A stretch of DNA of 64,000 nt from Gammaproteobacteria bacterium (GTDB lineage: Bacteria; Pseudomonadota; Gammaproteobacteria; Natronospirales; REEB76). The DNA lies in assembly GCA_036383255.1 (NCBI GenBank), contig DASVOS010000018.1, forward strand, positions 93,432-157,431, written 5' to 3'. Shown here piece by piece: positions 30,131 through 40,286 of this stretch (positions are counted from its first letter, which is position 1; each line of letters opens with the position of its first letter). Below the pieces are notes generated by a model. The model was not told the DNA's origin, did not search any database, and worked only from the letters and a program-made list of their open reading frames with translations. A program made the translations under genes and the position numbers.

Positions 30131-32047
30131 GTGATCCGCATCGAGTCCCTCACCCTGCAGCGCGGCACCAAGCCGCTGTTCGAGAACGCCAGCGCCGTGG
30201 TGCACCCCGGCGAGAAGGCGGGCTTGGTGGGTGCGAACGGCTCCGGCAAGTCCACCTTGTTCTCGCTGCTGCGCGGCAAGCTGCACGCCGACGCGGGCGA
30301 ACTCTACATCCCGTCTTCCTGGCGCGTGGCCCACGTGGCCCAGGAGACGCCGCCCTCCGAGAAGACCGCCCTCGACTACGCCCTGGACGGCGACACGCGC
30401 CTCAGGGAGATCGAGGCCAAGCTCGCGAAGGCCCAGGCCGCCCACGACGGCCATGCCGAGGCGGAGGCCCACATCGCCTACGCGGACGCGGACGGCTACA
30501 CGGCCGCTTCCCGTGCCAGCGCCCTGCTCATGGGACTGGGCTTCACGTTGGCGGAGATCGAGCAGCCGGTGGCGAGCTTCTCCGGCGGCTGGCGCATGCG
30601 CCTCAACCTCGCCCAGGCGCTGATGTGCCCGTCCGACCTTCTGCTGTTGGACGAGCCCACCAACCACCTGGACCTCGATGCCATCGTCTGGCTCGAGGAC
30701 TGGCTCAAGCGCTACGCCGGCACGCTGTTCATCATCTCCCACGACCGGGAGTTCCTGGACGGCATCTGCGACGTGACGCTGCACCTCGAGAACAAGCAGA
30801 TCAAGCGCTACACCGGCAACTACAGCGCCTTCGAGACGCGCCGTGCCGAGCAACTGGTGCTGCAGCAGGCCTCCTACGAGCGCCAGCAGCGGGAAGTGGC
30901 GCACCTGCAGAGCTTCGTGGACCGCTTCCGCTACAAGGCCAGCAAGGCGCGCCAGGCCCAGAGCCGCATCAAGATGCTGGAGAAGATGGAGAAGCTCGCG
31001 CCGGTGCACGTCACCTCGCCTTTCAGCTTCGAGTTCCGCGAACCCCTGGCCTCGCCGAGCCCCATGCTCACGCTGGAGCACGTGGATTGCGGCTACAAGA
31101 CGGAGCACGGCGACAAGAAGGTGGTGGGCGGCCTCGACTTCTCGCTGTTGAACGGCCAGCGCATCGGACTGTTAGGCGCAAACGGACAAGGTAAATCCAC
31201 CCTGGTGAAGACCCTGGCCGGCACCCTCGAGCCGCTCAAGGGCCGGGTCGGCCAGGGCAAGGGGCTCGCCATCGGCTACTTCGCCCAGCACCAGTTGGAG
31301 ACGCTGCGCGAGGACCGTTCGCCCCTGCAGCAGCTCGCGGCCATCGCACCCGGCGTGCGCGACCAGGACCTGCGCGACTTCCTCGGCTCCTTCAACTTCC
31401 GCGGTGAGATGGCGCTCGCGCCGGTGGGCCCCTTCTCGGGCGGGGAGAAGGCGCGGCTCGCACTCGCGCTCATCATCTGGAAGCGGCCGAACCTGCTGCT
31501 GCTGGACGAGCCCACCAACCACCTGGACCTGGACATGCGCGAGGCCCTGACCGTGGCGCTGGCGCAGTTCGAGGGCACGCTGATCCTGGTATCCCACGAC
31601 CGGCACCTGCTGCGGGCCTGCGCCGACGAGTTCATGCTGGTGGGCAACGGCAGGCTCACGCCCTTCGACGGCGACCTGGACGAATACCGCACCTGGCTCT
31701 TGCAGAACGCGGCGGCGCGCCGCGCCGGCCTCACGGGCCAGCCGGCGAAAGAATCCGGCGGCGACCGCAAGGAGCAGCGCCGCGTGGAGGCTCAGGAACG
31801 CCAGCGCTTGGCGGAACTGCGCAAACCGCTGCAGAAGGAGATCGCAGCGCTGGAGAAGCGCATGGAGAAGCTGAACGCGGAGAAGCGCCGGCTGGATGCG
31901 CTCCTTGCCGCCGAGGACACCTATAAGGAGAGCAGCAAGACCTTGCTCACGGACAGCCTGCGCCAGCAGACCGAAGTGAAGAAGGAACTGGAGAAGGTCG
32001 AGGCGGAGTGGCTGGAGAAGCAATCTGCCCTGGAAGCCGTGGGCTGA
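30131..32047 (+). CDS. yheS: ABC-F ATPase (YheS-like)
   Basis: GTG start at 30131 (VIRIESL). Two ABC cassettes (GANGSGKST, GANGQGKST; FSGGWRMRL, FSGGEKARL) and a C-terminal coiled coil. Collinear with my recollection of E. coli YheS. Confidence 0.85.
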   Translation: MIRIESLTLQRGTKPLFENASAVVHPGEKAGLVGANGSGKSTLFSLLRGKLHADAGELYIPSSWRVAHVAQETPPSEKTALDYALDGDTRLREIEAKLAKAQAAHDGHAEAEAHIAYADADGYTAASRASALLMGLGFTLAEIEQPVASFSGGWRMRLNLAQALMCPSDLLLLDEPTNHLDLDAIVWLEDWLKRYAGTLFIISHDREFLDGICDVTLHLENKQIKRYTGNYSAFETRRAEQLVLQQASYERQQREVAHLQSFVDRFRYKASKARQAQSRIKMLEKMEKLAPVHVTSPFSFEFREPLASPSPMLTLEHVDCGYKTEHGDKKVVGGLDFSLLNGQRIGLLGANGQGKSTLVKTLAGTLEPLKGRVGQGKGLAIGYFAQHQLETLREDRSPLQQLAAIAPGVRDQDLRDFLGSFNFRGEMALAPVGPFSGGEKARLALALIIWKRPNLLLLDEPTNHLDLDMREALTVALAQFEGTLILVSHDRHLLRACADEFMLVGNGRLTPFDGDLDEYRTWLLQNAAARRAGLTGQPAKESGGDRKEQRRVEAQERQRLAELRKPLQKEIAALEKRMEKLNAEKRRLDALLAAEDTYKESSKTLLTDSLRQQTEVKKELEKVEAEWLEKQSALEAVG

Positions 32048-32785
32048 TCACTCCATATAGATGAGCGTCGCCATCCGGCCTGTCTGTGCCGCGTCGCGCC
32101 GGAACGAGAAGAACCGGTCCGCGTCCCCCGCGGTGCTCAAGCCGCCGCCATGGATCGCCGTCACGCCCGCTGCCTGCAGACGCTGGCGCGCCAGCAGGTA
32201 GAGATCACACCACCACTTGCCCGATGCCCTGCCTGGCTTGAATGCCTGGGCCGCCTGCGGCGCGTGGGCGACGAAAGCCTGGCGCACCTCGTCGCCGACC
32301 TCATAGTCGTCCGCGCCGATGGCAGGCCCCATCCAGGCCATCAGGTCCTCGGGTACCACGCCCATGGCCTGCACCGTCGCTTCCAACACGCCCCCACAGA
32401 GGCCGCGCCAGCCGGCATGGGCCGCGCCCACCCGCGTGCCCTCCCGGTCGCAGAAGATCACCGGCAGGCAGTCGGCGGTCATGATGAGGCAGGCTTCGCC
32501 TGCCCGCTGGGTGACGGCGGCATCGGCCGGCTCAACCACAGTCGTGCCTTCGAGTCTCGCCACGCGCGTGCCGTGTACCTGCTTCAGCCAACGCGGCTTC
32601 GCGGCGCCGATCTCCTGTTGCAGGCGGCGGCGGTTCTCGGCCACTGCCTCAGGCTGGTCGCCCACATGCTCGCCCAGGTTCAGGGAGGCGAAGCCGCCGC
32701 CGCTCACGCCGCCCTGACGCGTGGTGCTCAGGGCGTGCACGCGTGCCGGCGCGGGCCAGTCGGGCGTGATCCAGTCAGCGCGCAT
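32048..32785 (-). CDS. pgeF: Peptidoglycan editing factor / polyphenol oxidase-like (YfiH)
   Basis: 245 aa with TADCLPV and HAGWRG motifs. Conserved position after rluD. Confidence 0.8.
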   Translation of the reverse strand: MRADWITPDWPAPARVHALSTTRQGGVSGGGFASLNLGEHVGDQPEAVAENRRRLQQEIGAAKPRWLKQVHGTRVARLEGTTVVEPADAAVTQRAGEACLIMTADCLPVIFCDREGTRVGAAHAGWRGLCGGVLEATVQAMGVVPEDLMAWMGPAIGADDYEVGDEVRQAFVAHAPQAAQAFKPGRASGKWWCDLYLLARQRLQAAGVTAIHGGGLSTAGDADRFFSFRRDAAQTGRMATLIYME

Positions 32786-33764
32786 GGACGAGGTCGTCCT
32801 CCAGCGCCGTCAGGAGTCCCTGGAAGTCCGCCGGCGGCGGCACTTCCCAGTTCAGCGCTTCGCCAGTCACCGGATGTATGAGTCCGAGCTTCGCCGCGTG
32901 CAGGGCCTGGCGATGGAAAGCGCGCAGGGTCTCCTGCAGCCTGGGGCTGGCATTGCGCGGCGGGCCGAGACGCCGGCCATAGACCTGGTCGCCCACCAGC
33001 GGGTACTTGATGTGGGCCAGGTGCACGCGGATCTGATGGGTGCGGCCCGTCTCCAGCTCGACGCTTATATAGGTATGGGCACGGAAGCGCTTCAGCACGC
33101 GGTAGTGGGTCACGGATTCGCGGCCGCCTTCCCGCACGCTCATGCGCAGCCGGTCCGTGGGGTGGCGCTTGATGGGCGCATCCACCGTGCCGCCGCCTGT
33201 CATCACGCCCAGCGTCACCGCGAGATAACCCCGCTCGAACTCCCGCGCCTGCAGCGCCGCCACCAGCGTGGTGTGTGCCTCCAGGGTGCGCGCCACCACC
33301 AGGAGGCCCGAGGTGTCCTTGTCGATGCGGTGCACCAGCCCCGCGCGCGGTACCTGGGCCAGCTCCGGCGCATGGTGCAGGAGCGCGTTCTGCAAGGTAC
33401 CGCTGTGGTTGCCGGCGCCCGGGTGCACCACCAGGCCCGCGGGCTTGTTCACCACGATGAGCGCCTCGTCCTCGTAGACGATCTCCAGGGGCAGCGCTTC
33501 CGGCGCCATGTCCGAGAGCGGCTCCTCGGGGACCCGCAGCCGCACCTTCTGGCCCCCCATCACCGCATCGCGCGGGCGCGCGGCGCGCCCGTCCAGGAGC
33601 ACGCGGCCGTCCTTCACCCACTGGCTGAGACGGCTGCGGGAATACTCAGGGAAGAGCTGGGCCAGGGCCTGGTCGAAGCGTTGCCCCGAAAGCGCCGGGG
33701 AGATCTCGGCCTCTTGCACGTGTTCGGCGGGTTTTTCGGCTGCGGGACGGGGCGTCATTTCCAC
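32775..33764 (-). CDS. rluD: 23S rRNA pseudouridine synthase D
   Basis: 329 aa with an S4 domain followed by HRIDKDTSGLLVVA (the catalytic Asp motif). Confidence 0.9.
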   Translation of the reverse strand: MEMTPRPAAEKPAEHVQEAEISPALSGQRFDQALAQLFPEYSRSRLSQWVKDGRVLLDGRAARPRDAVMGGQKVRLRVPEEPLSDMAPEALPLEIVYEDEALIVVNKPAGLVVHPGAGNHSGTLQNALLHHAPELAQVPRAGLVHRIDKDTSGLLVVARTLEAHTTLVAALQAREFERGYLAVTLGVMTGGGTVDAPIKRHPTDRLRMSVREGGRESVTHYRVLKRFRAHTYISVELETGRTHQIRVHLAHIKYPLVGDQVYGRRLGPPRNASPRLQETLRAFHRQALHAAKLGLIHPVTGEALNWEVPPPADFQGLLTALEDDLVHAR

Positions 33765-33813
33765 AGTTTATCAGTTGAAGCTGGGGCGGCCTTCCATGGC
33801 CTTCCCCAGCTCG

Positions 33814-33927
33814 CCAAGCAAAAGCACGGCTTTTGCTTGGCTCCATTTTCCAGGCGCAAGACGCCTGGAAAAATGCGCGCCCTTCCTTGGGCGCCCACAG
33901 GACGCTGAAAGGCCTTTCAGCGTCCTG
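33814..33927. repeat. Array of four consecutive perfect hairpins/palindromes in the rluD-bamD intergenic region
   Basis: 33814-33840: 12-bp stem CCAAGCAAAAGC/GCTTTTGCTTGG. 33846-33872: 11-bp stem TTTTCCAGGCG/CGCCTGGAAAA. 33877-33894: GCGCCC/GGGCGC. 33898-33927: perfect 30-bp palindrome CAGGACGCTGAAAGG|CCTTTCAGCGTCCTG. Confidence 0.7.
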
Positions 33928-33971
33928 TATACTGGCCGCCGCTGCCGCCCCACCCAGACCGATATCCCCGC

Positions 33972-34742
33972 ATGAAAAGCCAAATCCGCCTGATCGCGAC
34001 CCTGTCCCTGTGCGTGATGCTGCTCGCCGGCTGTGCCTCGGAGAAAGCCAAGGACGAGACGCTGGCGGCAGCGGACCTTTATACCCAGATCCAGGCCAAC
34101 CTGCAGGCGGGCAACTACAAGACCGCGGTGGAGCGCCTCAACACCCTGCAGGCGCGCTTCCCCTTCGACAACTTCGGCACCCAGGCGCAGCTCGACATCA
34201 TCTACGCCGACTACATGAACCGCGACTACGACCTCGCGGTGGACGCCGCCGACCGCTTCATCCGCGAGCATCCGCGCCACGCGAACGTGGACTACGCCTA
34301 CTACATGAAGGGCGTGGCGGCCTTCGATGCCGAGGTGGACTTCCTGCAGCGCTGGTTCGGCCACGACAACTACCAGCGCGACCCGACCAGCTCGCAGAAG
34401 TCCTTCGAGGCCTTCACCCTGCTGATCGAGAAGTACCCGGACAGCCGCTATGTGGGCGACGCGCGCCAGCGCATGGTGTTCCTGCGCGAGCGCCTGGCGG
34501 ACTTCGACTGGGTGGTGGCGGACTGGTACATGCGCCGCGGCGCCTGGGTCTCGGCCCTGCAGCGCTCCTACAGCATCGTTCAGCACTACCCGCAGACGCC
34601 GCGGGCGCAGGACGCGCTGCAGATCATGTATAGCTGCTACAGGAAGCTGGGGCTCGACGACCTCGCGGCCGACACGCAGAAGGTGCTGGAGACGAACTTC
34701 CCGGGAGCGCCGCTCGAGTACACGCCTCGCGGACCCGTATGA
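33972..34742 (+). CDS. bamD: Outer-membrane protein assembly factor BamD
   Basis: 256 aa with lipobox LLAGC and TPR-like repeats. The classical arrangement divergent from rluD. Confidence 0.85.
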   Translation: MKSQIRLIATLSLCVMLLAGCASEKAKDETLAAADLYTQIQANLQAGNYKTAVERLNTLQARFPFDNFGTQAQLDIIYADYMNRDYDLAVDAADRFIREHPRHANVDYAYYMKGVAAFDAEVDFLQRWFGHDNYQRDPTSSQKSFEAFTLLIEKYPDSRYVGDARQRMVFLRERLADFDWVVADWYMRRGAWVSALQRSYSIVQHYPQTPRAQDALQIMYSCYRKLGLDDLAADTQKVLETNFPGAPLEYTPRGPV

Positions 34743-34769
34743 ACCGCGGCGCCTGTGCGCCGCTTCAAT

Positions 34770-36392
34770 TCAATCCCGCTTGAAACCCGACGTGATCGGG
34801 TAGCGCCGGTCGTTGCCGAAGGAATGCCGGCTGACCCGCACGCCCGGTGCCGCCTGGCGCCGCTTGTACTCCGCCGCCTGCACCGCCGCCGCCACGCGCC
34901 GCACCGTCGCCGCGTCGAAGCCTTTCGCGACTACCGCCTCGATGGATCTCTCCTCCAGCAGCAGCGTGAGGATGGGATCCAGCACGCCGTAGGGCGGGAG
35001 GGTGTCGGAGTCCTTCTGTCCCGGCGCGAGCTCCGCCGTCGGCTCCCGTCCGATCACCGCCTCCGGGATCACTGCGCTCAAGGAGTTGCGGTAGCGGCTC
35101 AAGGCATACACCTGGGTCTTCAGCACGTCGGAGAGAGGCGCGAAACCGCCGGCCATGTCGCCATAGAGCGTCGCGTAACCCATCGCCGCCTCGCTCTTGT
35201 TGGAGGTGCAGAGAAGGAGCTTGCCGGTGCGGTTGGAGATGGCCATGAGCATCACGCCGCGGGCACGGGCCTGCAGGTTCTGGAGGGTGATGTCGGCCAC
35301 GTCCGGCAGCACGCCCTGCAAAGAGGCCTGCAGCGTCTCCACCGAAGCCTCGATGGGGATCATGTGGTAGGCCACGCCGAGCTTGCGCGCCTGTTCCGCC
35401 GCACCCTCGAGGCTGAGATCCGAGGTGTAGCGCGACGGCAGCATCACCGCCATGACGTTCTGGGCGCCCAGCGCGTCCACCGCGATGGCGAGCGTCAGCG
35501 CCGAGTCGATGCCGCCGGACAGGCCGAGTAGCGCGCCCTTGAAGCGGTTCTTGCGGGCATAGTCCTTGAGGCCCAGCACCAGCGCCTTGTAGATGCACTC
35601 CTCGTCGCAGCTGTCCACGTGCACCTGGGCCTGCAGCGCCCGCGCCTTGCCGCCGTCCAGGATGAAATCCACCGGATACAGGCCGGTCTCGAAGTTCGGG
35701 GCCCGCGCCGCCACCTTGCCGTCGGCGTTCATCACCAGCGAGCCGCCGTCGAACACCAGGTCGTCCTGGCCGCAGGCGTGGTTCACGTAGACGATCGGCA
35801 CGCCGGCCTCCGCCACGCGGCGGCGCAGTTCCTCCTCGCGCTCCAGCTGCTTGCCGGCGTTGAAGGGTGAGGCATTGGGCACCATCAGCAGCTTCGCGCC
35901 CGCCTGGGCGGCGCGGCGCGCCGGTTCCGCGTGCCACACGTCCTCGCAGACGTTGAGGCCCACGGCGAAGCCCGCCACGTCCACCACCGCGGTGGCGTCG
36001 CCGGCGCTGAAGTAGCGCTTCTCGTCGAAGACCTCGTAGTTGGGGAGTTCGCTCTTGCGGTAGACCGCCTTGACCTTGCCCTCCCCCAGCATCGCGCCCA
36101 CGTTGTAGATGCGGCTGTCCGCATGGAGCGGGTAGCCCACCAGCGCGTGGATGCCCTGGATGCCGGCGGCGAGCCGTGCGACGCCCTCCTCCACCTGGCG
36201 GCGGAAGTCGGCGTTGAACAGGAGGTCTTCCGGCGGATAGCCGGTGACGGCGAGTTCGGGGAAGACCATGAGCCGGGCCTTGAGCCGGTCGCGGCCCTCG
36301 GCACAGGCGTCCAGGATGCGCTGCACGTTGCCCGCCACGTCTCCCACCGGGAGATCGAGCTGGGCCATGACGATGCGCAGCGACGCGCTCAT
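34770..36392 (-). CDS. nadE: Glutamine-dependent NAD+ synthetase
   Basis: 540 aa with an N-terminal CN-hydrolase domain (FPELAVTGY, CEDVW) and a C-terminal synthetase domain with GLSGGIDS. Confidence 0.9.
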   Translation of the reverse strand: MSASLRIVMAQLDLPVGDVAGNVQRILDACAEGRDRLKARLMVFPELAVTGYPPEDLLFNADFRRQVEEGVARLAAGIQGIHALVGYPLHADSRIYNVGAMLGEGKVKAVYRKSELPNYEVFDEKRYFSAGDATAVVDVAGFAVGLNVCEDVWHAEPARRAAQAGAKLLMVPNASPFNAGKQLEREEELRRRVAEAGVPIVYVNHACGQDDLVFDGGSLVMNADGKVAARAPNFETGLYPVDFILDGGKARALQAQVHVDSCDEECIYKALVLGLKDYARKNRFKGALLGLSGGIDSALTLAIAVDALGAQNVMAVMLPSRYTSDLSLEGAAEQARKLGVAYHMIPIEASVETLQASLQGVLPDVADITLQNLQARARGVMLMAISNRTGKLLLCTSNKSEAAMGYATLYGDMAGGFAPLSDVLKTQVYALSRYRNSLSAVIPEAVIGREPTAELAPGQKDSDTLPPYGVLDPILTLLLEERSIEAVVAKGFDAATVRRVAAAVQAAEYKRRQAAPGVRVSRHSFGNDRRYPITSGFKRD

Positions 36393-36421
36393 GGTGTGAT
36401 CAGCCGCCCGGGGTCAGGAGA

Positions 36422-37390
36422 TCAGCGGCGCCCACGGCCCTTCTTCTTGGCGGGTCTCTTGGCCTTGGCGGCCTTCTTCTTGGGAGCTTTCTTGGCGGAG
36501 GCTCTCTTGCTCTTGCCGCCCTTGCCCATGAGCTTGGCCATGGTGGTGCCGAGCTCCGCCGGCGAGCGGGTGGTCTTCACGCCGGCCTTCTCCAGGGCCT
36601 TGAACTTGGCCTGGGCGGTGCCGGCGCCGCCGGAGACGATGGCGCCCGCGTGGCCCATGCGCTTGCCCGGGGGCGCGGTGACGCCGGCGATGTAGGCAAC
36701 CACCGGCTTGGTGACGTGCTTCTTGATGTACTCGGCGGCGGCCTCCTCGTCGGTGCCGCCGATCTCGCCCACCATGATGATGCCTTCGGTCTGCGGATCC
36801 TGCTCGAAGAGCTTGATCACGTCGATGAAGTTCATGCCGTGCACCGGGTCGCCGCCGATGCCCACGCAGGTGGACTGGCCGAGCTTGAGGTTGGTGGTCT
36901 GGAACACGGCCTCGTAGGTCAGCGTGCCCGAGCGGGACACGATGCCGATCTTGCCCTTGCGGTGGATGTGGCCGGGCATGATGCCGATCTTGCACTCGCC
37001 CGGCGTGATGATGCCCGGGCAGTTGGGACCGATGAGCACGCAGTCCTTGTCCTTGATCGCGGCCCTGACCTTGATCATGTCGGTGACCGGGATGCCCTCG
37101 GTGATGCACACGATCACCTTGATGCCGGCATCCGCCGCCTCCAGGATCGCGTCGGCGGCGAAGGCCGCCGGCACGTAGATCATGCTGGCTTCGGCGCCGG
37201 TGGCCTTGACCGCGTCGTGCACGGTGTTGAACACCGGCAGGCCCAGGTGCTTCTCGCCGCCGCGGCCCGGGGTGACGCCGCCCACCAGCCTGGTGCCGTA
37301 GGCCAGCGCCTGCTCGGAATGGAAGGTTCCCTGCTTGCCAGTGAAACCCTGGCAGATGACGCGCGTCTTCTTGTTGACGAGGATGCTCAT
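36422..37390 (-). CDS. sucD: Succinyl-CoA synthetase alpha subunit with a ~30-aa Lys-rich C-terminal extension
   Basis: Starts [18 protein letters not shown], with [10 protein letters not shown] around the active His. It ends ...[38 protein letters not shown], past where E. coli SucD ends as I recall it. Confidence 0.9.
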   Translation of the reverse strand: MSILVNKKTRVICQGFTGKQGTFHSEQALAYGTRLVGGVTPGRGGEKHLGLPVFNTVHDAVKATGAEASMIYVPAAFAADAILEAADAGIKVIVCITEGIPVTDMIKVRAAIKDKDCVLIGPNCPGIITPGECKIGIMPGHIHRKGKIGIVSRSGTLTYEAVFQTTNLKLGQSTCVGIGGDPVHGMNFIDVIKLFEQDPQTEGIIMVGEIGGTDEEAAAEYIKKHVTKPVVAYIAGVTAPPGKRMGHAGAIVSGGAGTAQAKFKALEKAGVKTTRSPAELGTTMAKLMGKGGKSKRASAKKAPKKKAAKAKRPAKKKGRGRR

Positions 37391-37395
37391 GATGC

Positions 37396-38565
37396 TTACT
37401 TCTTCTTGATCGAGGCGACCACTTTCTTGGCCGCGTCGGTGAGGTCGTTGGCGGGGATGATGGCGAGGCCGCTCTTGGCGAGCAGCGCCTTGCCCTGCTC
37501 CACGTTGGTGCCTTCCAGGCGCACCACCACCGGCACCTGCACGCCCACGCCCTTGACCGCGTTGATGATGCCTTCCGCGATGAGGTCGCAGCGCACGATG
37601 CCGCCGAAGATGTTGACCAGGATGGCCTTCACCGCCTTGTTGGACAGGATCAGGTTGAAGGCCGCGGTCACGCGCTCGGTGGTGGCGCCGCCGCCCACGT
37701 CCAGGAAGTTCGCCGGCGTGCCGCCGTGCAGCTTGATGATGTCCATGGTGGCCATGGCCAGGCCCGCGCCGTTCACCATGCAGGCGATGTCGCCGTCCAG
37801 CGACACGTAGTTGAGGTCGTGCTGGCGGGCCTGGGCCTCGCGCTCGTCCTCCTGGCTGGCGTCGCGCATGGCCGCGAGCTGCGGCTGGCGGTAGAGCGCG
37901 TTGTCGTCCAGGTTGAGCTTGGCGTCCAGCGCCACCACGCGGCCGTCCTTGGTGACGATCAGCGGGTTGATCTCGACGAGACTCGCATCGCGCTCCATGA
38001 AGATGCGGTACAGGCCCTCGGCGATCTTGCCGAAGGCGGCCATGTGCTCCTTGCTGCTGAGGCCGAGGCCGAACGCCAGCTCGCGCACCTGGTTGGGCTG
38101 CACGCCCGCGGCGGGATGCACCCACACGCGGAAGATCTTCTCGGGCGTCTTGGCCGCCACCTCCTCGATGTCCATGCCGCCCGCGGCGGAAGCCATGAAC
38201 ACCAGCTGCTCGCGGGCGCGGTCCACCAGCACCGAGAGGTACAGCTCGCGCTCGATGTCGGAGCCGGCCTCCACGATCACGGAGTTGATGGGCAGGCCCT
38301 CGGGGCCGGTCTGGTGGGTATGCAGGCGCTTGCCCAGCATGCCCTCGGCCGCGGCGCGCACTTCATCCGTGCTGCGGCACAGCTTCACGCCGCCCGCCTT
38401 GCCGCGCCCGCCGGCGTGCACCTGGGCCTTCACCACCCACAGGCTGCCGCCCAGGGACTGGGCCGCGCTGGCCGCCTCGGCGCCGCTCTTGGCGGGCATT
38501 CCGCGCGGCACCGGGATGCCGTATTCTGCAAACAGTTGTTTTGCCTGATATTCGTGCAGGTTCAT
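37396..38565 (-). CDS. sucC: Succinyl-CoA synthetase beta subunit
   Basis: 389 aa from [12 protein letters not shown] (ATG at 38565). The track ORF's N-terminal extension is discarded. Confidence 0.92.
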   Translation of the reverse strand: MNLHEYQAKQLFAEYGIPVPRGMPAKSGAEAASAAQSLGGSLWVVKAQVHAGGRGKAGGVKLCRSTDEVRAAAEGMLGKRLHTHQTGPEGLPINSVIVEAGSDIERELYLSVLVDRAREQLVFMASAAGGMDIEEVAAKTPEKIFRVWVHPAAGVQPNQVRELAFGLGLSSKEHMAAFGKIAEGLYRIFMERDASLVEINPLIVTKDGRVVALDAKLNLDDNALYRQPQLAAMRDASQEDEREAQARQHDLNYVSLDGDIACMVNGAGLAMATMDIIKLHGGTPANFLDVGGGATTERVTAAFNLILSNKAVKAILVNIFGGIVRCDLIAEGIINAVKGVGVQVPVVVRLEGTNVEQGKALLAKSGLAIIPANDLTDAAKKVVASIKKK

Positions 38566-38650
38566 GGGGCTCGGGGAGTATCGGGATGGTGGGGAGGCGG
38601 TATTTTGAAGCAAAGCCCCCGCATACGCAAAGGCGCACCGTGAAGGCGGC

Positions 38651-40285
38651 ATGAACACCCAAAACATGGTCTTCCAGGCGGACGACGCGGTGGCGCCGGG
38701 CGAAGCGCTCGCTTGGCGCCTGCTCAACATCGTCAACCTGTTCCGCATGGTGGTCGGCGGGCTCGTGGTGGCGCTGTTCTTCAGCGACAGCAACCCGCGT
38801 CTCCTGGGCGACGTCTATCCCGGCCTGTTCCTGTGGACCGGGATCATGTACTTCAGCTTCGGCGGCCTCGCCACGTTCACGGTGCGCTCGCGCCGGCCCG
38901 GACTGGAACTGCAGACGTACGCCCAGCTCGCCGCCGACATCATGGCGGTCACGCTGCTGATGCACTCCAGCGGCGGCGGCGCCGCCAGCGGCCTCGGCAG
39001 CCTCATGTTCATCACCGTATCCATCAACAGCGTGCTGTTGTCGGCGCGCATGAGCATCGCTTTCGCCGCGCTTGCCACCATCGCCATCCTGGGCGAGCAG
39101 GGCCTCGCCATCCTGTACGGCACCGGCGACGCTGGCGGCTATACCCAGGCCGGCATCATCGGCATCATCATGTTCGCCGCCTCGTGGGGCGGCCAGTTCG
39201 TGGGCCACCGCCTGCGCGAGAGCGAGGCGCTCGCGGAGCGGCGCGGCCTCGACCTGGCCGACCTCTCGGAGATCAACGAGTACGTGCTGCAGCACATGCG
39301 CACCGGGGTACTGGTGGTGGATGAGCAGGACCGCATCCGCATGCTCAACAGCGCCGCCGCCGAGAGCCTGCGCACGCCCCCCGACAGCCGCGACGCGCTG
39401 CAGGACGCGGCGCCGCGCCTGCAGGGGGAACTGCAGGCCTGGCGGCGCGGCGACCTCACCCGCCCCGCCACGGTGGTGAGCCCACAGGGCCGGCCGCTGA
39501 TCCCGCACTTCGCCAGCATCGGCCGCAACCGCGCCGGCGGCGTGCTCATATTCCTGGAGGACGCGAGCGCGGTGGCCGAGCAGGTGCGGCAGATGAAGCT
39601 CGCGACCCTGGGCCGCCTCACCGCCAGCATCGCCCACGAGATCCGCAATCCCCTGGCGGCGGTGAGCCACGCCAACCAGCTCCTGGCCGAGTCGCCGCAG
39701 ATCAAGGGCGAGGACCAGCGGCTCATCGAGATCATCGAGGAGCACTCGGAGCGCATGGAGCGCATCGTCGAGAACATCCTGCAGCTCTCGCGCCGCGAGA
39801 ACACCCGCGCCGAGGAGCTGGACGTGACCGCTTGGCTCAAGGATTTCATCGTCGAGTTCCGCGACCGCCACGGACTGCCGCCGGAGGCGGTGCTGCTGGA
39901 CGCGGAATACCGGCAACTGCCCCGCATGCGCGTGGATCCGACCCACCTGCACCAGATCGTGTGGAACCTATCGGAGAACGCGCTCCACCACGGCCGCCGC
40001 GGCCACGACGGCGGCGCCCGCGTCGAGTTCCGCATCGGCCCGCTGCCCGCGCCCGCCTCCGGGTTCCTGGAGGTGCTGGACCGGGGCCCCGGCGTGCCGG
40101 CCGACATCGCCGAGCACATCTTCGAACCCTTCTACACCTCCGACCCGCGGGGCACCGGCCTGGGGCTTTTCATAGCCCGCGAACTCTGCGAATGTAACCG
40201 CGCCCGCCTGTCCTACGCGCCGCGTCCCCAGGGGGGTAGCTGTTTCCGCATCGAGTTCGGCGCCTCCGAAGGCTGGTTGACCTGA
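38651..40285 (+). CDS. pilS: Sensor histidine kinase PilS
   Basis: 544 aa with a multi-TM N-terminus, H-box [10 protein letters not shown] and an HATPase domain (GTGLGLF). It lies immediately upstream of pilR and pilA. Confidence 0.8.
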   Translation: MNTQNMVFQADDAVAPGEALAWRLLNIVNLFRMVVGGLVVALFFSDSNPRLLGDVYPGLFLWTGIMYFSFGGLATFTVRSRRPGLELQTYAQLAADIMAVTLLMHSSGGGAASGLGSLMFITVSINSVLLSARMSIAFAALATIAILGEQGLAILYGTGDAGGYTQAGIIGIIMFAASWGGQFVGHRLRESEALAERRGLDLADLSEINEYVLQHMRTGVLVVDEQDRIRMLNSAAAESLRTPPDSRDALQDAAPRLQGELQAWRRGDLTRPATVVSPQGRPLIPHFASIGRNRAGGVLIFLEDASAVAEQVRQMKLATLGRLTASIAHEIRNPLAAVSHANQLLAESPQIKGEDQRLIEIIEEHSERMERIVENILQLSRRENTRAEELDVTAWLKDFIVEFRDRHGLPPEAVLLDAEYRQLPRMRVDPTHLHQIVWNLSENALHHGRRGHDGGARVEFRIGPLPAPASGFLEVLDRGPGVPADIAEHIFEPFYTSDPRGTGLGLFIARELCECNRARLSYAPRPQGGSCFRIEFGASEGWLT

Positions 40286-40286
40286 C

